18,221 nucleotides of DNA from Nanobdellota archaeon (GCA_022563455.1 JADFNI010000020.1:1-18221), one strand, 5' to 3'. Positions 7,701 to 14,852 are shown, numbered from the stretch's first letter. Notes: generated from the letters alone by a model not told the origin. Numbers and translations are program-made.

Positions 7701-9926
7701 TGCAACTGAATCAGAACCAACATCATCCAATACACCTTCATTTTGCCATGTTAGATTCTCTAAAAAAGTTGTTCCATTATTAATATAAACTCCAAAATTA
7801 ATTCCAACACCCCCTCCGGCAAATATCATGTCTAAATCACCATCGTTATCTATATCCCCAAGAGCAATAGAACCTGTGCCTACTCCCGATAAATTCTGCT
7901 CCCAAGTTATATTTTCAACAAAAGAAGTCCCATTATTGATCCAAACATAACTTTTATCTGCAACAGAGCATACGGAAGAACCAGAATCACAACCAATACT
8001 AATCATATCCAAATCTCCATCGCCATCTATATCCCCTAGTACAGCCCCATTATGATAATTAGAGGCTGTTAGATTACTCTGCCATTGCGGACTTTCAATC
8101 AAACCCACAATTAAATCTGTAGTAAAAGTCCTAGTGCTTGAATTTTGACAATTGGTAGAATTATCGCAAGCTTCTATGTACCACTGGAACGATTGTTTCC
8201 TGTTTATTGTTTCTGTAAATATGTAATAAGTATTATTTAATCCAGAAGTGTTTATTTGTTTTCTACTCCAAACTCCATCTTTCCAATCCCCCCATAAACT
8301 AACATTAGTCAAATTCAAGTTATCCGAAACAGTAACATTAAACGTGACTGTATATGAACTCAAGTTCGCATTATCTACGGGAGAATTCAAAGTTACATTT
8401 GGTCTATCTAAATCCGCTGAAGTTGTAAAACTTTGAGCCGTTGACCAGTTTCCAGCTTTTAGCCCAGTATCAATCGTCTGAACACTCCAATAATATGTTG
8501 TACTTGGTTTCAGTCTATCAACTTTTAAAGTAAAATTCTTTCTCTGCATCATGTTTCCAAAATATCCAAATGCTGTTCCTCCACGTGTAGCATCTCCACT
8601 CCCTCCATAAATTCCACTTATGATACTATGATTATTTGATGCTGTTCCTAACTTCAAATTATAATACAAACCATTTACTGAAGTTTCATTATCACTTCCA
8701 TTAAGCCACCCCAAAGCCATTTCCCTATTGTTGTAAGAACTTGAAAAACTCGTTGGGGGTGTTGGCGCAACATTGGGTGTTGTAATATTATTTATATAAA
8801 CTTTTTGGCTTTTTATTGAAACTAAATCCAAATCTCCATCATTGTCTATATCTCCCCAAAGTACAGAACCTTTTCTTACTCCTGTTAAATTTGCTTCAGC
8901 TGTTACATCTCTTACAAAAGTTGTTCCGTTATTTTCTCCGATTTGTATTTGATCGCTTCCACTCAATCCTGCATTTACTAAATCCAAATAGCCATTATTA
9001 TCATAATCTCCCAGCATCATAGAACCCCATATAATAAAAGACATTTCTGTTTCCCAAGGAGATCCATCTAAAAATGTACTCCCATTATTTACTAAAACTC
9101 TAAAACGAGATCCCCTAGATACAACATTATCAAAATCGCCATCATTCTCAAGATCTCCCCATGCTACATTTACTTCATCACCACCTGAGGCAGTCCAAGT
9201 AGGGGTGTAAATAAAACTCGTTCCATTATTAATATAAGTTTTAGCAGAGTCTACTCCTGCTATATTCAAATCCAAATCTCCATCATTATCAAAATCTATT
9301 AATCCTGTTGAAATTTTACCACCTCCATTTGTAATCTCTTGACCCCATATTGTACTATTTACAAAAGTTGTGCCATTGTTAATCCAAACCACCCTATTTG
9401 GAATTCCCATATCAGGAAATAATAAATCTAAATCCCCGTCTCCATCTATATCCCCAAAAGTAATAGATTTAGAATCTGCAAGAGTAGTTGAATTCATTAA
9501 CAAACTTTCCCAAGTTAAATTTTCCTGAAATGAAGTTCCATTATTAATATAAATTCTAGTTCCAATCCAAGAAAGTGCCAAATCTAAATCTCCATCATTG
9601 TCTATATCACCCAATGCTATGGATCCTGCCGCATTTGACAAATTTTGTTCCCATGTTATATTTTCCACAAAACTAGTTCCATTATTAATCCAAACATAAC
9701 TTTTATCAGCATCACTTGAAGTACAAACACTTTCAGTACACCCGATACTAATCATATCTAGATCTCCATCTCCATCCACATCTCCAAGAACTGCAGAATT
9801 AGCACTAACTGAACCTGTTAAATTCCCTTGCCAAGTTTCATTCTCAATCAATCCAACATTACTAGCACTAACAAACCAAAAAAACATTAAACAAAATACC
9901 AAACAAATCAACAAACTCTTTTTCAT
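4701..9926 (-). CDS. Giant (1741 aa) anchored adhesin-like protein: signal peptide, 2 x [seven-bladed FG-GAP/VCBS propeller + FN3-like + Ig-like], further Ig-like modules, membrane-proximal beta-domain, C-terminal TM
   Basis: Signal peptide MKKSLLICLVFCLMFFWFVSAS. I count 14 Ca-binding-type motifs (e.g. GDIDNDGDLDL, GDVDGDGDLDM, GDYDNNGYLDL) arranged 7+7. FN3-like segments end in STTYYWSVQTIDTGLKAGN. Repeated modules start P-N-V-[ST]-L-x-SP-x-N. The C-terminus is WTLGIIWIIVALIIIFVFVGI followed by KFKVWKKW. N-X-S/T sequons are dense throughout. Confidence 0.9.
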   Translation of the reverse strand: MKKSLLICLVFCLMFFWFVSASNVGLIENETWQGNLTGSVSANSAVLGDVDGDGDLDMISIGCTESVCTSSDADKSYVWINNGTSFVENITWEQNLSNAAGSIALGDIDNDGDLDLALSWIGTRIYINNGTSFQENLTWESLLMNSTTLADSKSITFGDIDGDGDLDLLFPDMGIPNRVVWINNGTTFVNSTIWGQEITNGGGKISTGLIDFDNDGDLDLNIAGVDSAKTYINNGTSFIYTPTWTASGGDEVNVAWGDLENDGDFDNVVSRGSRFRVLVNNGSTFLDGSPWETEMSFIIWGSMMLGDYDNNGYLDLVNAGLSGSDQIQIGENNGTTFVRDVTAEANLTGVRKGSVLWGDIDNDGDLDLVSIKSQKVYINNITTPNVAPTPPTSFSSSYNNREMALGWLNGSDNETSVNGLYYNLKLGTASNNHSIISGIYGGSGDATRGGTAFGYFGNMMQRKNFTLKVDRLKPSTTYYWSVQTIDTGLKAGNWSTAQSFTTSADLDRPNVTLNSPVDNANLSSYTVTFNVTVSDNLNLTNVSLWGDWKDGVWSRKQINTSGLNNTYYIFTETINRKQSFQWYIEACDNSTNCQNSSTRTFTTDLIVGLIESPQWQSNLTASNYHNGAVLGDIDGDGDLDMISIGCDSGSSVCSVADKSYVWINNGTSFVENITWEQNLSGVGTGSIALGDIDNDGDLDMIFAGGGVGINFGVYINNGTTFLENLTWQNEGVLDDVGSDSVALGDIDGDGDLDILFPDMGSTKASVYINNGTSFVGDLIWSDEIDSGGKISTGLIDLDNDGDLDLNVHGASTSYSYKNNGTAFVRYPNWTIGPKDEANVVWGDIDNDGDLDQIVSGTSIPRYFINKISSVDQFVDESSSWNFDLSNIGWGSMMMGDYDNNGYLDLINAGDDQIEIGENNGSVFARDGTAEANLTGVRKGSVLWGDIDNDGDLDLVSIKSQKVYINNITTPNVAPTPPTSFSSSYNNREMSLGWLNGSDNETSVNGLYYNLKLGTASNNHSIISGIYGGSGDATRGGTAFGYFGNMMQRKNFTLKVDRLEPSTTYYWSVQTIDTGLKAGNFSTVQSFTTSADLERPNVTLNSPVDNANFSSYSITFNTTVSDNSNLTNVSLWGDWTGSFVINETNTSGLNNSEYIFTKDLTGFGDGTYIWRIEATDNETNVQNSSIRTFTIDTTPPNVSIVSPVNNANSSDTGLDINYTVSDSLVGLDSCWYSNDTYSVNTTITCGTNITTLTWSEGFHNITVWANDSVGNENSSSIDFTIDITIPVVNMLTLNHTNTTDTGLDINYTATDTFLDSCWYSNDTYSVNTSISCGINITTLTWSEGLHNVTIWANDSAGNEGQNLTLFTIDTTSPVFDNPRNFTVNINDSFSQNFTATDSAVEIDTYSLNDTSVFNVSQTGLITNITNLSTMTIYWLNISVNDTLGNLNSTVFFINITSDFDSPNVTLISPANSQSYTSNSQEIIFSYNVTDVSDITNCSLIIDGSISLTNSSITKDVNQNFTQTFTPATYTWNVNCTDALLNLGNSSSRSFTVTAPVTAPSGDSGDGSPSGTPSFWSNTFVVSDEEFKQEQGYVKELSKKQRIKISVSDEIHYVGIIDLTDTTATINITSDPIQIILSVGEDAKLDVLNDSFYDIYVLLNSIENEKANLTIKSIHEEIPEGKGNVETSGNVTGGGIGGLDEEEIIEGEKKKWTLGIIWIIVALIIIFVFVGIKFKVWKKWDIN
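5825..6353 (-). repeat. Two tandem ~261-bp (about 87-aa) Ig-like modules inside the giant gene
   Basis: CACTCCAGGTTAAAGTTG occurs at 5903 and 6164 (offset 261). The proteins are DTGLDINYTVSDSLVGLDSCWYSNDTYSVNTTITCGTNITTLTWSEGFHNITVWANDSVGNE and DTGLDINYTATDTFLDSCWYSNDTYSVNTSISCGINITTLTWSEGLHNVTIWANDSAGNE. Confidence 0.85.
6347..9863 (-). repeat. Intragenic tandem duplication, 2 x 1758 bp (586 aa: propeller + FN3-like + Ig-like)
   Basis: GTTGGCGCAACATTGGGTG occurs at 7003 and 8761 (offset 1758, in frame). The two protein halves are collinear. DNA identity is patchy: 6871-7146 vs 8629-8904 differ at only 5 of 276 positions by my hand alignment, while flanking segments differ at many mostly synonymous sites. 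Confidence 0.9.
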
Positions 9927-9947
9927 ACTTCATCAACGAGAAATTCC

Positions 9948-9955
9948 TTTTTATA
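9948..9955 (-). promoter_or_regulatory. TATA box-like TATAAAAA 22-29 nt upstream of the ATG at 9926
   Basis: Minus strand reads TAATTATAAAAAGGAATTTCTCGTTGATGAAGTATG, immediately after the TAA of the upstream gene. No SD is present. Confidence 0.4.
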
Positions 9956-9956
9956 A

Positions 9957-11222
9957 TTAATGCCCTACCAACTTCAATTTTGTCTTAGACCTATTGAAAA
10001 CTACAACAATTAGAGTTATACAAAGCATTGTAAACATTAAAACTAATTGATTCCCGGACAATATATTACTTCCAATCCCCAACACCGCTCCAGTTATTCC
10101 CGCCGTTGAGGGAAATATTTCTCCTAATTTATTCAAATTGATGGAAGGGTCGTCATTTTGTTCTTCCACTTTTACTTGCCCTATATTTTCTTGTCCATAG
10201 TTTGTCCAGGTTACTTCCCCATCTACAATAGGATCTATTTCAATACTTCTTGTTATATTATAATTCCCATCTGCTAAACTAGGTCTTAAATCAACAGTGA
10301 ATGTTACAGTTCCATTATTTGGTCCTAGAGTTTCTGCAACCAAAGGCAGACAATAAGGAGATTCTGCTCTATTTGTGCCTGTTCCTTTATCCTGATTGTA
10401 ACATTGAGTTTTATTAACATCTGTAAACCAGAAAAACATTCTTAGAGGTAATAATTCTCCACTAGCATAACCTGCTTTGAAAGGTATATCGATGGTATAG
10501 TTTAAAGTAATGTTAGATGTGCTGTTTAAAGTATTACTAATAAAAGTTTCCTGAGTTATAACGCCAGTATCTGTTCTAGAAATTCTTTTCCAAGTATTAT
10601 TCCATAAATCATAAGCATCACAATTTCCATTTATAACACAGTCATATAATTCTTCAAGCCAGCCGTGTTCTTCAGGTGTTAAAGAATCTTCTGCTTGCAT
10701 AGAAATTTCAATTGTTTTATCACTATCCGCAACAATATTTTGTGTTTTATCAAAATACCCTATTAGGTCTGAAAAAGTACATTCCCATGTCCCTGCAGCA
10801 AAACTATCAGCAGGAATTGAAGTATAAGGATTTTCAACATTTGCATCACTAAAACCATTATCACAAGAAACATCAAAACTTTTTTGACCACTTGTGTCTA
10901 TCTGCAACCCACCAAAACTATCAGTCAAATTGAAAGTAATCGTCCAATTAGCATACTGAAACTGCCTTGTTACAGACCAATCACTGGCTAAGACAGAATC
11001 ATTCGCCCTTACACGCCAGTAATAATCATCATCTGTTGTTGTGTAATCTGAAAGAGTAATATTGATTGAGGTGGGATCTGTTCCTTCTGCTATTGAAGTA
11101 TTACTATGAACTAAGTTTGCTGCTGCCATGTCACTTTCATTATAAATTTCTAAATCATAAGTTATAGTATCTCCATCAATATCTATAGAATTATTCCATG
11201 AAAAAGTTATTGTTGAATTCAT
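9957..11222 (-). CDS. C-terminal portion of a split surface protein: FN3-like module, beta-rich domains, C-terminal TM anchor. Lacks its own signal peptide (421 aa as tracked)
   Basis: It begins mid-module (MNSTITFSWNNSIDIDGDTITYDLEIY...DYYWRVRANDSVLASDWS). The reading frame stays open for 18 more codons upstream (APPTIPVLSAPANNSNFA), up to the TAA at 11277-11279 that ends the 442-aa ORF in the same frame. The C-terminus is LVLMFTMLCITLIVVVF followed by NRSKTKLKLVGH. Confidence 0.7.
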   Translation of the reverse strand: MNSTITFSWNNSIDIDGDTITYDLEIYNESDMAAANLVHSNTSIAEGTDPTSINITLSDYTTTDDDYYWRVRANDSVLASDWSVTRQFQYANWTITFNLTDSFGGLQIDTSGQKSFDVSCDNGFSDANVENPYTSIPADSFAAGTWECTFSDLIGYFDKTQNIVADSDKTIEISMQAEDSLTPEEHGWLEELYDCVINGNCDAYDLWNNTWKRISRTDTGVITQETFISNTLNSTSNITLNYTIDIPFKAGYASGELLPLRMFFWFTDVNKTQCYNQDKGTGTNRAESPYCLPLVAETLGPNNGTVTFTVDLRPSLADGNYNITRSIEIDPIVDGEVTWTNYGQENIGQVKVEEQNDDPSINLNKLGEIFPSTAGITGAVLGIGSNILSGNQLVLMFTMLCITLIVVVFNRSKTKLKLVGH

Positions 11223-11276
11223 TGCAAAATTTGAATTGTTTGCAGGAGCTGATAGTACTGGGATTGTTGGAGGGGC

Positions 11277-12605
11277 TTAAAAAACATCTCTATAAGTTAT
11301 TCCTTCCCCGCAGTTATACAAATCGCTAATCTCTGAAGTCGTTAAACTTCTATTCCAAAATCCAACTTCATCCAAACTTCCATCAAAAAACCTATTAATT
11401 GTCCCAGCAAAATTAAAGGCTCCAAGAGTTAAAGAATCCCCAAGAGTAATAAAATTGCTAGGAGTTGATTGAGCTGCATAATCTGTAGTATATAAAATCC
11501 CATCCACATGAAAAGTTATATTATTATCAGCAGGAGTCATTGTCACAGCAACATGATGCCAATTACCATCTCTCCAAGTATTGTTTGGTGCTCCAAAGTC
11601 TCCTGACAGACCATTTCCGCTTCCGTCCCAGTAAAAAAACATTATTGTTCCGTTTTCATGTCCTGTTGTTTTTTGAGCATTTAAGAATATCCCCATCCTA
11701 GGATTTCCCCCACTTACTTCTTTTCCCCATGGTGTTGGTTGTGTTCCTGCCTCTTGAATTGTATTTAACCAAAAACTAATAGTAAATCCAGAACCAATAT
11801 CTGTTCCAATATCTAACATATCTGTTAAATTCACATAATCTGAATCTCCTGCTGTAAAATTAAAAGAAGCATTTATGATTCCTGTTTGTCCCCTTGCTGC
11901 TCCATTATTGGAACCAGTAATATTTCCTGTAGCATCTATGACATTTCCAGAAGTTCCATTTAATCTATAATATGCTATTATGTCTGTATTCATACTCTCA
12001 GTCCATTCTGCCCATTCGTTAACTTCAACGCCCAATAAAGTTGGAACCCATTCAACTCTTTCATTAGGTAACACATCTGTAAAAATTCCAATAATTGTTT
12101 TGCCAGAAGGGATAGTCCCAAGAGAGTTTAAATCATTCCATTCAAACATTTCTTCTTGATGCGTTCCTATTAAAACTTGTGAGCAGTCTCGTAAAATTGT
12201 CCCATTACTTGAAATTTCCCCATCAACACAAACCGTTTTATAATCATTCACTGTTTCAAATCCTAAACTATTTCTATATTTATAATTAAATTGTCTATCA
12301 AATCTTTTCATACTATTTTTAACATCATAAAAATCAAGTTTCTCTAAAACAGAAGAAATTGGTTGAGAAGAAAGTTTATTATCTATTGTAAATTCTGCAA
12401 CTTTCCTGTCTTTTCCACGTATAACATTAAAGACCAAAGGAGTATTAAGTGTTATATCTGAAATAACATTTCCAGATGAATCTTTAATTGTAACAACTTT
12501 ATTGACGCTGTCATATTCTTTTGTATTATGCGTTGCAGCAGATAAAAAGAAAAACGTACTAATTAATATAAAAACAAAAAATATAATAATTAAACTCTTT
12601 TTCAT
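11277..12605 (-). CDS. Secreted LamG/concanavalin-A-like lectin domain protein (442 aa); probably the N-terminal half of a longer anchored protein
   Basis: Signal peptide MKKSLIIIFFVFILISTFFFLSA. The C-terminal ~230 aa fit the Laminin_G_3 pattern (FTISFWLN...WHHVAVTM...FFDGSLDEVGFWNRSLTTSEISDLYN). It has no C-terminal anchor, unlike its neighbours. Confidence 0.85.
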   Translation of the reverse strand: MKKSLIIIFFVFILISTFFFLSAATHNTKEYDSVNKVVTIKDSSGNVISDITLNTPLVFNVIRGKDRKVAEFTIDNKLSSQPISSVLEKLDFYDVKNSMKRFDRQFNYKYRNSLGFETVNDYKTVCVDGEISSNGTILRDCSQVLIGTHQEEMFEWNDLNSLGTIPSGKTIIGIFTDVLPNERVEWVPTLLGVEVNEWAEWTESMNTDIIAYYRLNGTSGNVIDATGNITGSNNGAARGQTGIINASFNFTAGDSDYVNLTDMLDIGTDIGSGFTISFWLNTIQEAGTQPTPWGKEVSGGNPRMGIFLNAQKTTGHENGTIMFFYWDGSGNGLSGDFGAPNNTWRDGNWHHVAVTMTPADNNITFHVDGILYTTDYAAQSTPSNFITLGDSLTLGAFNFAGTINRFFDGSLDEVGFWNRSLTTSEISDLYNCGEGITYRDVF

Positions 12606-12626
12606 AGATCTAGACTATAATAAGGG

Positions 12627-12634
12627 ATATATAA
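12627..12634 (-). promoter_or_regulatory. TATA box-like TTATATAT 22-29 nt upstream of the ATG at 12605
   Basis: Minus strand reads CTTATATATCCCTTATTATAGTCTAGATCTATG. No SD is present. It follows a 194-nt spacer with T-runs (TTTATTTTAAAAGTTTTG) that could terminate the upstream transcription unit. Confidence 0.4.
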
Positions 12635-12747
12635 GTCTTATTCCAAAAATGGTTGACAAAATAGGCAAAAAGGGATAAAATAAAACCATTCATTGTATTT
12701 TTTGCTTTCAAAACTTTTAAAATAAACTTATCTTTCCCCCAACCTAA

Positions 12748-12819
12748 ATCCAATCACTAAATCTCAAGCAGCTTCACCATAGGATCCAATCACTAAATCT
12801 TAAGCAGCCTCACCATAAG
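12748..12819. repeat. Tandem 36-bp direct repeat (33/36 identical) spanning the stop codon of the 202-aa gene
   Basis: 12748-12783 is ATCCAATCACTAAATCTCAAGCAGCTTCACCATAGG and 12784-12819 is ATCCAATCACTAAATCTTAAGCAGCCTCACCATAAG. On the coding strand each copy reads YGEAA-stop-DLVIG. The stops are TAA and then TGA, and the copies are in frame with each other. Confidence 0.9.
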
Positions 12820-13408
12820 ATATAGAGATAGTATCACTAAGTACTCCAATATTAGAATTATTAGGAATAATTAACGATAAATCTATAGTTATATTCTGTA
12901 AAGATTCAAAAACATCACATACTCTTTGGGAATCTGGAGAAGCATTAACTTCATAAAAAGTATCCAAACTAAAACCGCTAGGAGGAGAACAAATGTCTTT
13001 TCCACCGTCAGACACATTATACCTATATCCTGGAGAGCTCCCCCCAATAAAAGAACTAGCTGTTTTTCCAGAACTAACATTAATAGTTAAATTTTCATTC
13101 CCAAGATTGGTTATTAAAAAACGAGTAGTAGTAGCACTCCAATTCCCATTAATAACACTTCCAAGAGTGTCAATTGTAGCCGATACTTGTCCAAGATTAA
13201 CTGAGCCAGAACCAAAATTTATAGTGTCATCAGTAAAATTTAATAAAACCAGTGAAGAAATACTCAAATTAACAAACCCACTGTCAACCGCTTTTCCAGT
13301 AAACAAAATTTTATATTCTCCAATAGAGTTAAGTGCAAAAACCAAAGAGACTACTGAAAACAAAAACAGAGCCGTAGATCCAAGAACAAAATAATCATCC
13401 CGCTCCAT
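12800..13408 (-). CDS. Secreted beta-sandwich protein (202 aa) homologous to the C-terminal domain of the 550-aa protein; fimbrial/Ig-like signature
   Basis: I prefer the ATG at 13406-13408, which is preceded by GAGAGGGGTGAAA (SD-like); the track starts at a TTG. Signal/anchor FVLGSTALFLFSVVSLVFALNS. By eye it aligns to the 550-aa C-terminus: NFTDDTINFGSGSV vs VTDSMNFGLLAPSGS, RFLITNLGNENLTINVSSG vs PFVIRNDGTVMTNISINAS, and ITIDLSLIIPNNSNIGVLSDTISISY vs AEIDISILVPSNEGPGAKSSTIIFTS. Confidence 0.75.
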   Translation of the reverse strand: MERDDYFVLGSTALFLFSVVSLVFALNSIGEYKILFTGKAVDSGFVNLSISSLVLLNFTDDTINFGSGSVNLGQVSATIDTLGSVINGNWSATTTRFLITNLGNENLTINVSSGKTASSFIGGSSPGYRYNVSDGGKDICSPPSGFSLDTFYEVNASPDSQRVCDVFESLQNITIDLSLIIPNNSNIGVLSDTISISYGEAA

Positions 13409-13604
13409 TTTCACCCCTCTCAGTATATGGGACAATTTCTAAACTAATCTTCCCAACACTGTTAGCATTAGTCCCGCCGAAGTTTTCATTTCCATCATAA
13501 GATTCTCGAGCACTAGAAAGTGTAGACTCAATTGCAAAAGAAAAAAGCAACATCACAATCGCAACAACTAAAAAAATTACTGCAAGCCTCTGTTTTCTAT
13601 TCAT
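13395..13604 (-). CDS. Small (69 aa) single-pass membrane/secreted protein
   Basis: I prefer the ATG at 13602-13604, with GGAGGT 10 nt upstream; the track's TTG start lies inside that SD. MNRKQRLAVIFLVVAIVMLLFSFAIES is a hydrophobic helix after a basic N-terminus. The 3' end overlaps the next gene by 14 nt. Confidence 0.6.
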   Translation of the reverse strand: MNRKQRLAVIFLVVAIVMLLFSFAIESTLSSARESYDGNENFGGTNANSVGKISLEIVPYTERGENGAG

Positions 13605-13625
13605 CTCAAAAAAAACCTCCAAAAC

Positions 13626-13633
13626 TATATAAA
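13626..13633 (-). promoter_or_regulatory. TATA-like TTTATATA 22-29 nt upstream of the ATG at 13604
   Basis: It lies in the 33-nt spacer after the TGA of the 404-aa gene. The spacing matches the other candidate boxes, but an SD is also present here, so this may be coincidental. Confidence 0.25.
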
Positions 13634-13637
13634 TTCA

Positions 13638-14852
13638 TCATTTAAACCTCTTCCTAAGTTTAAGGAACCATAAAAGATTGATCAACACAAGTAAAACGAC
13701 GACAATTATAAGAACAACAATAATTGTATCAAGTTCTTCTCCAGAACCACTGTCCGAAATAACATATCCAAGACCAATAATTGTTAAGTCATTTTCACTT
13801 ACCTCGAATCGTAAATTATTATTACTTACTTTTCCAGCATAATTAATTGTCACATCAGCCTCGTAAGTTCCTTCCTTTACTCCAGCAGTATCCCAATAAG
13901 AAACAAAAACTTTTTTAGAAAGTGCTGCCACCTCATAACTTACAGACTCAAATGCCGAAACAATAATCCCATCATCATCCTTTATTTTTGTTTCTATGTA
14001 TGCTCCACTAATAGGTTCACTCCATTTATTTTCCACAAGCATCTCAAGCTTTGCAATCTCTCCAAGGCTAAAATCAGAAACTCTTATACTTTCAAGCTCA
14101 AGTTCCAAACTACCAACGCTAAATATCTTTTCTAAATTAATTGTTCCTTCATCATAAACAAGACTAGCAACAGCTCTGTACTCTCCGATTGCAACATCTG
14201 CCACCCAGTCATAAACAATTTCTCTCTTTTCACCAGAAGGAACCTCAATTGTACCAGTATTAAAAGAGCCAACAACTTCATCAAGCTTATTAAATATTTC
14301 AACATTTGCCCATACACTTGTTAAATCAAATTCCCCAGCACTAACAATAGGAAACACAAACCGAACAGCTTCTCCTTGATTAGCATTATAAATAATAAGG
14401 TCAGCATTTGCATATTTTCCAGGAAAAGGAACATAAACATAAATTTGAGTAACAACTGCAAGAGTCGCAAAAACTTGAGCCCCCGAAGATCCACTAGAAC
14501 TTGGCACTTGTAAAATAATTACTTCCCCAATATGAAGTCCAGGTTCCAAGTCCCCTGGTAAATTAAGAGTATAACTAAATTCTCTAGTTTTTATGTCTGA
14601 AGGAATTGAAGATTTCGATTCAGATATTTGAATATATTCTGCTAATTCTCCATCTGGAACCATAACAATATCTATATCTTTTTTATCCGAGTTAATAACT
14701 TCAAACTTAACTTCTCGCTCAAGGCCTGGCTCAAAGTCAATTGTCGTCCTAGCTGGAGTTACCCCAAGAGCACTAACACCTGACATCAATATAAGCATAA
14801 GAAATCCAAATCCAAAAATAAATAATTTTTTATTATTCATTTTATTATTCAT
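13638..14852 (-). CDS. Membrane-anchored surface protein with N-terminal Ig-like domain and CARDB-like repeats (404 aa); paralogue of 3391..4506
   Basis: I prefer the ATG at 14850-14852 (MNNKMNNKKLFIFGFGFLMLILMSGVSALG), with GGGAGG 7 nt upstream; it overlaps the stop of the upstream gene (ATGAATAA). The C-terminal TM is TIIVVLIIVVVLLVLINLLWFL followed by KLRKRFK. CARDB-like segments include GEIAKLEMLVENKWSEPISG...WDTAGVKEGTYEADVTINY. Confidence 0.85.
   Translation of the reverse strand: MNNKMNNKKLFIFGFGFLMLILMSGVSALGVTPARTTIDFEPGLEREVKFEVINSDKKDIDIVMVPDGELAEYIQISESKSSIPSDIKTREFSYTLNLPGDLEPGLHIGEVIILQVPSSSGSSGAQVFATLAVVTQIYVYVPFPGKYANADLIIYNANQGEAVRFVFPIVSAGEFDLTSVWANVEIFNKLDEVVGSFNTGTIEVPSGEKREIVYDWVADVAIGEYRAVASLVYDEGTINLEKIFSVGSLELELESIRVSDFSLGEIAKLEMLVENKWSEPISGAYIETKIKDDDGIIVSAFESVSYEVAALSKKVFVSYWDTAGVKEGTYEADVTINYAGKVSNNNLRFEVSENDLTIIGLGYVISDSGSGEELDTIIVVLIIVVVLLVLINLLWFLKLRKRFK

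Noticed and set aside
6347-9863. Diversity-generating retroelement (template/variable repeat) explanation for the near-identical repeats in the giant gene
   Set aside because: Both copies are coding. The five mismatches in the 276-nt tract are g/a, t/c, a/c, t/c and a/g rather than adenine-specific. No reverse transcriptase or accessory gene is present in the window.
9927-9959. Readthrough fusion between the 421-aa ORF and the 1741-aa ORF, which also share a frame
   Set aside because: The 30-nt spacer contains additional in-frame stops (TAA, TGA, TGA) and a TATA-like box. The giant protein has its own signal peptide. The shared frame is coincidental.
12748-12819. CRISPR array (36-bp repeat here, ~38-nt repeat at 1164-1239)
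   Set aside because: There are only two directly abutting copies in each case, with no spacers. One pair overlaps a coding 3' end. No cas genes are present.
1325-14852. Archaeosortase/exosortase-type sorting signals (PGF-CTERM and similar) in the C-terminal TM + basic tail of five proteins
   Set aside because: The residues preceding the TM helices (SPYGATS, HHGIDYF, EKKKWTL, SGNQLVL, EELDTII) share no conserved tripeptide motif. These look like plain stop-transfer anchors.
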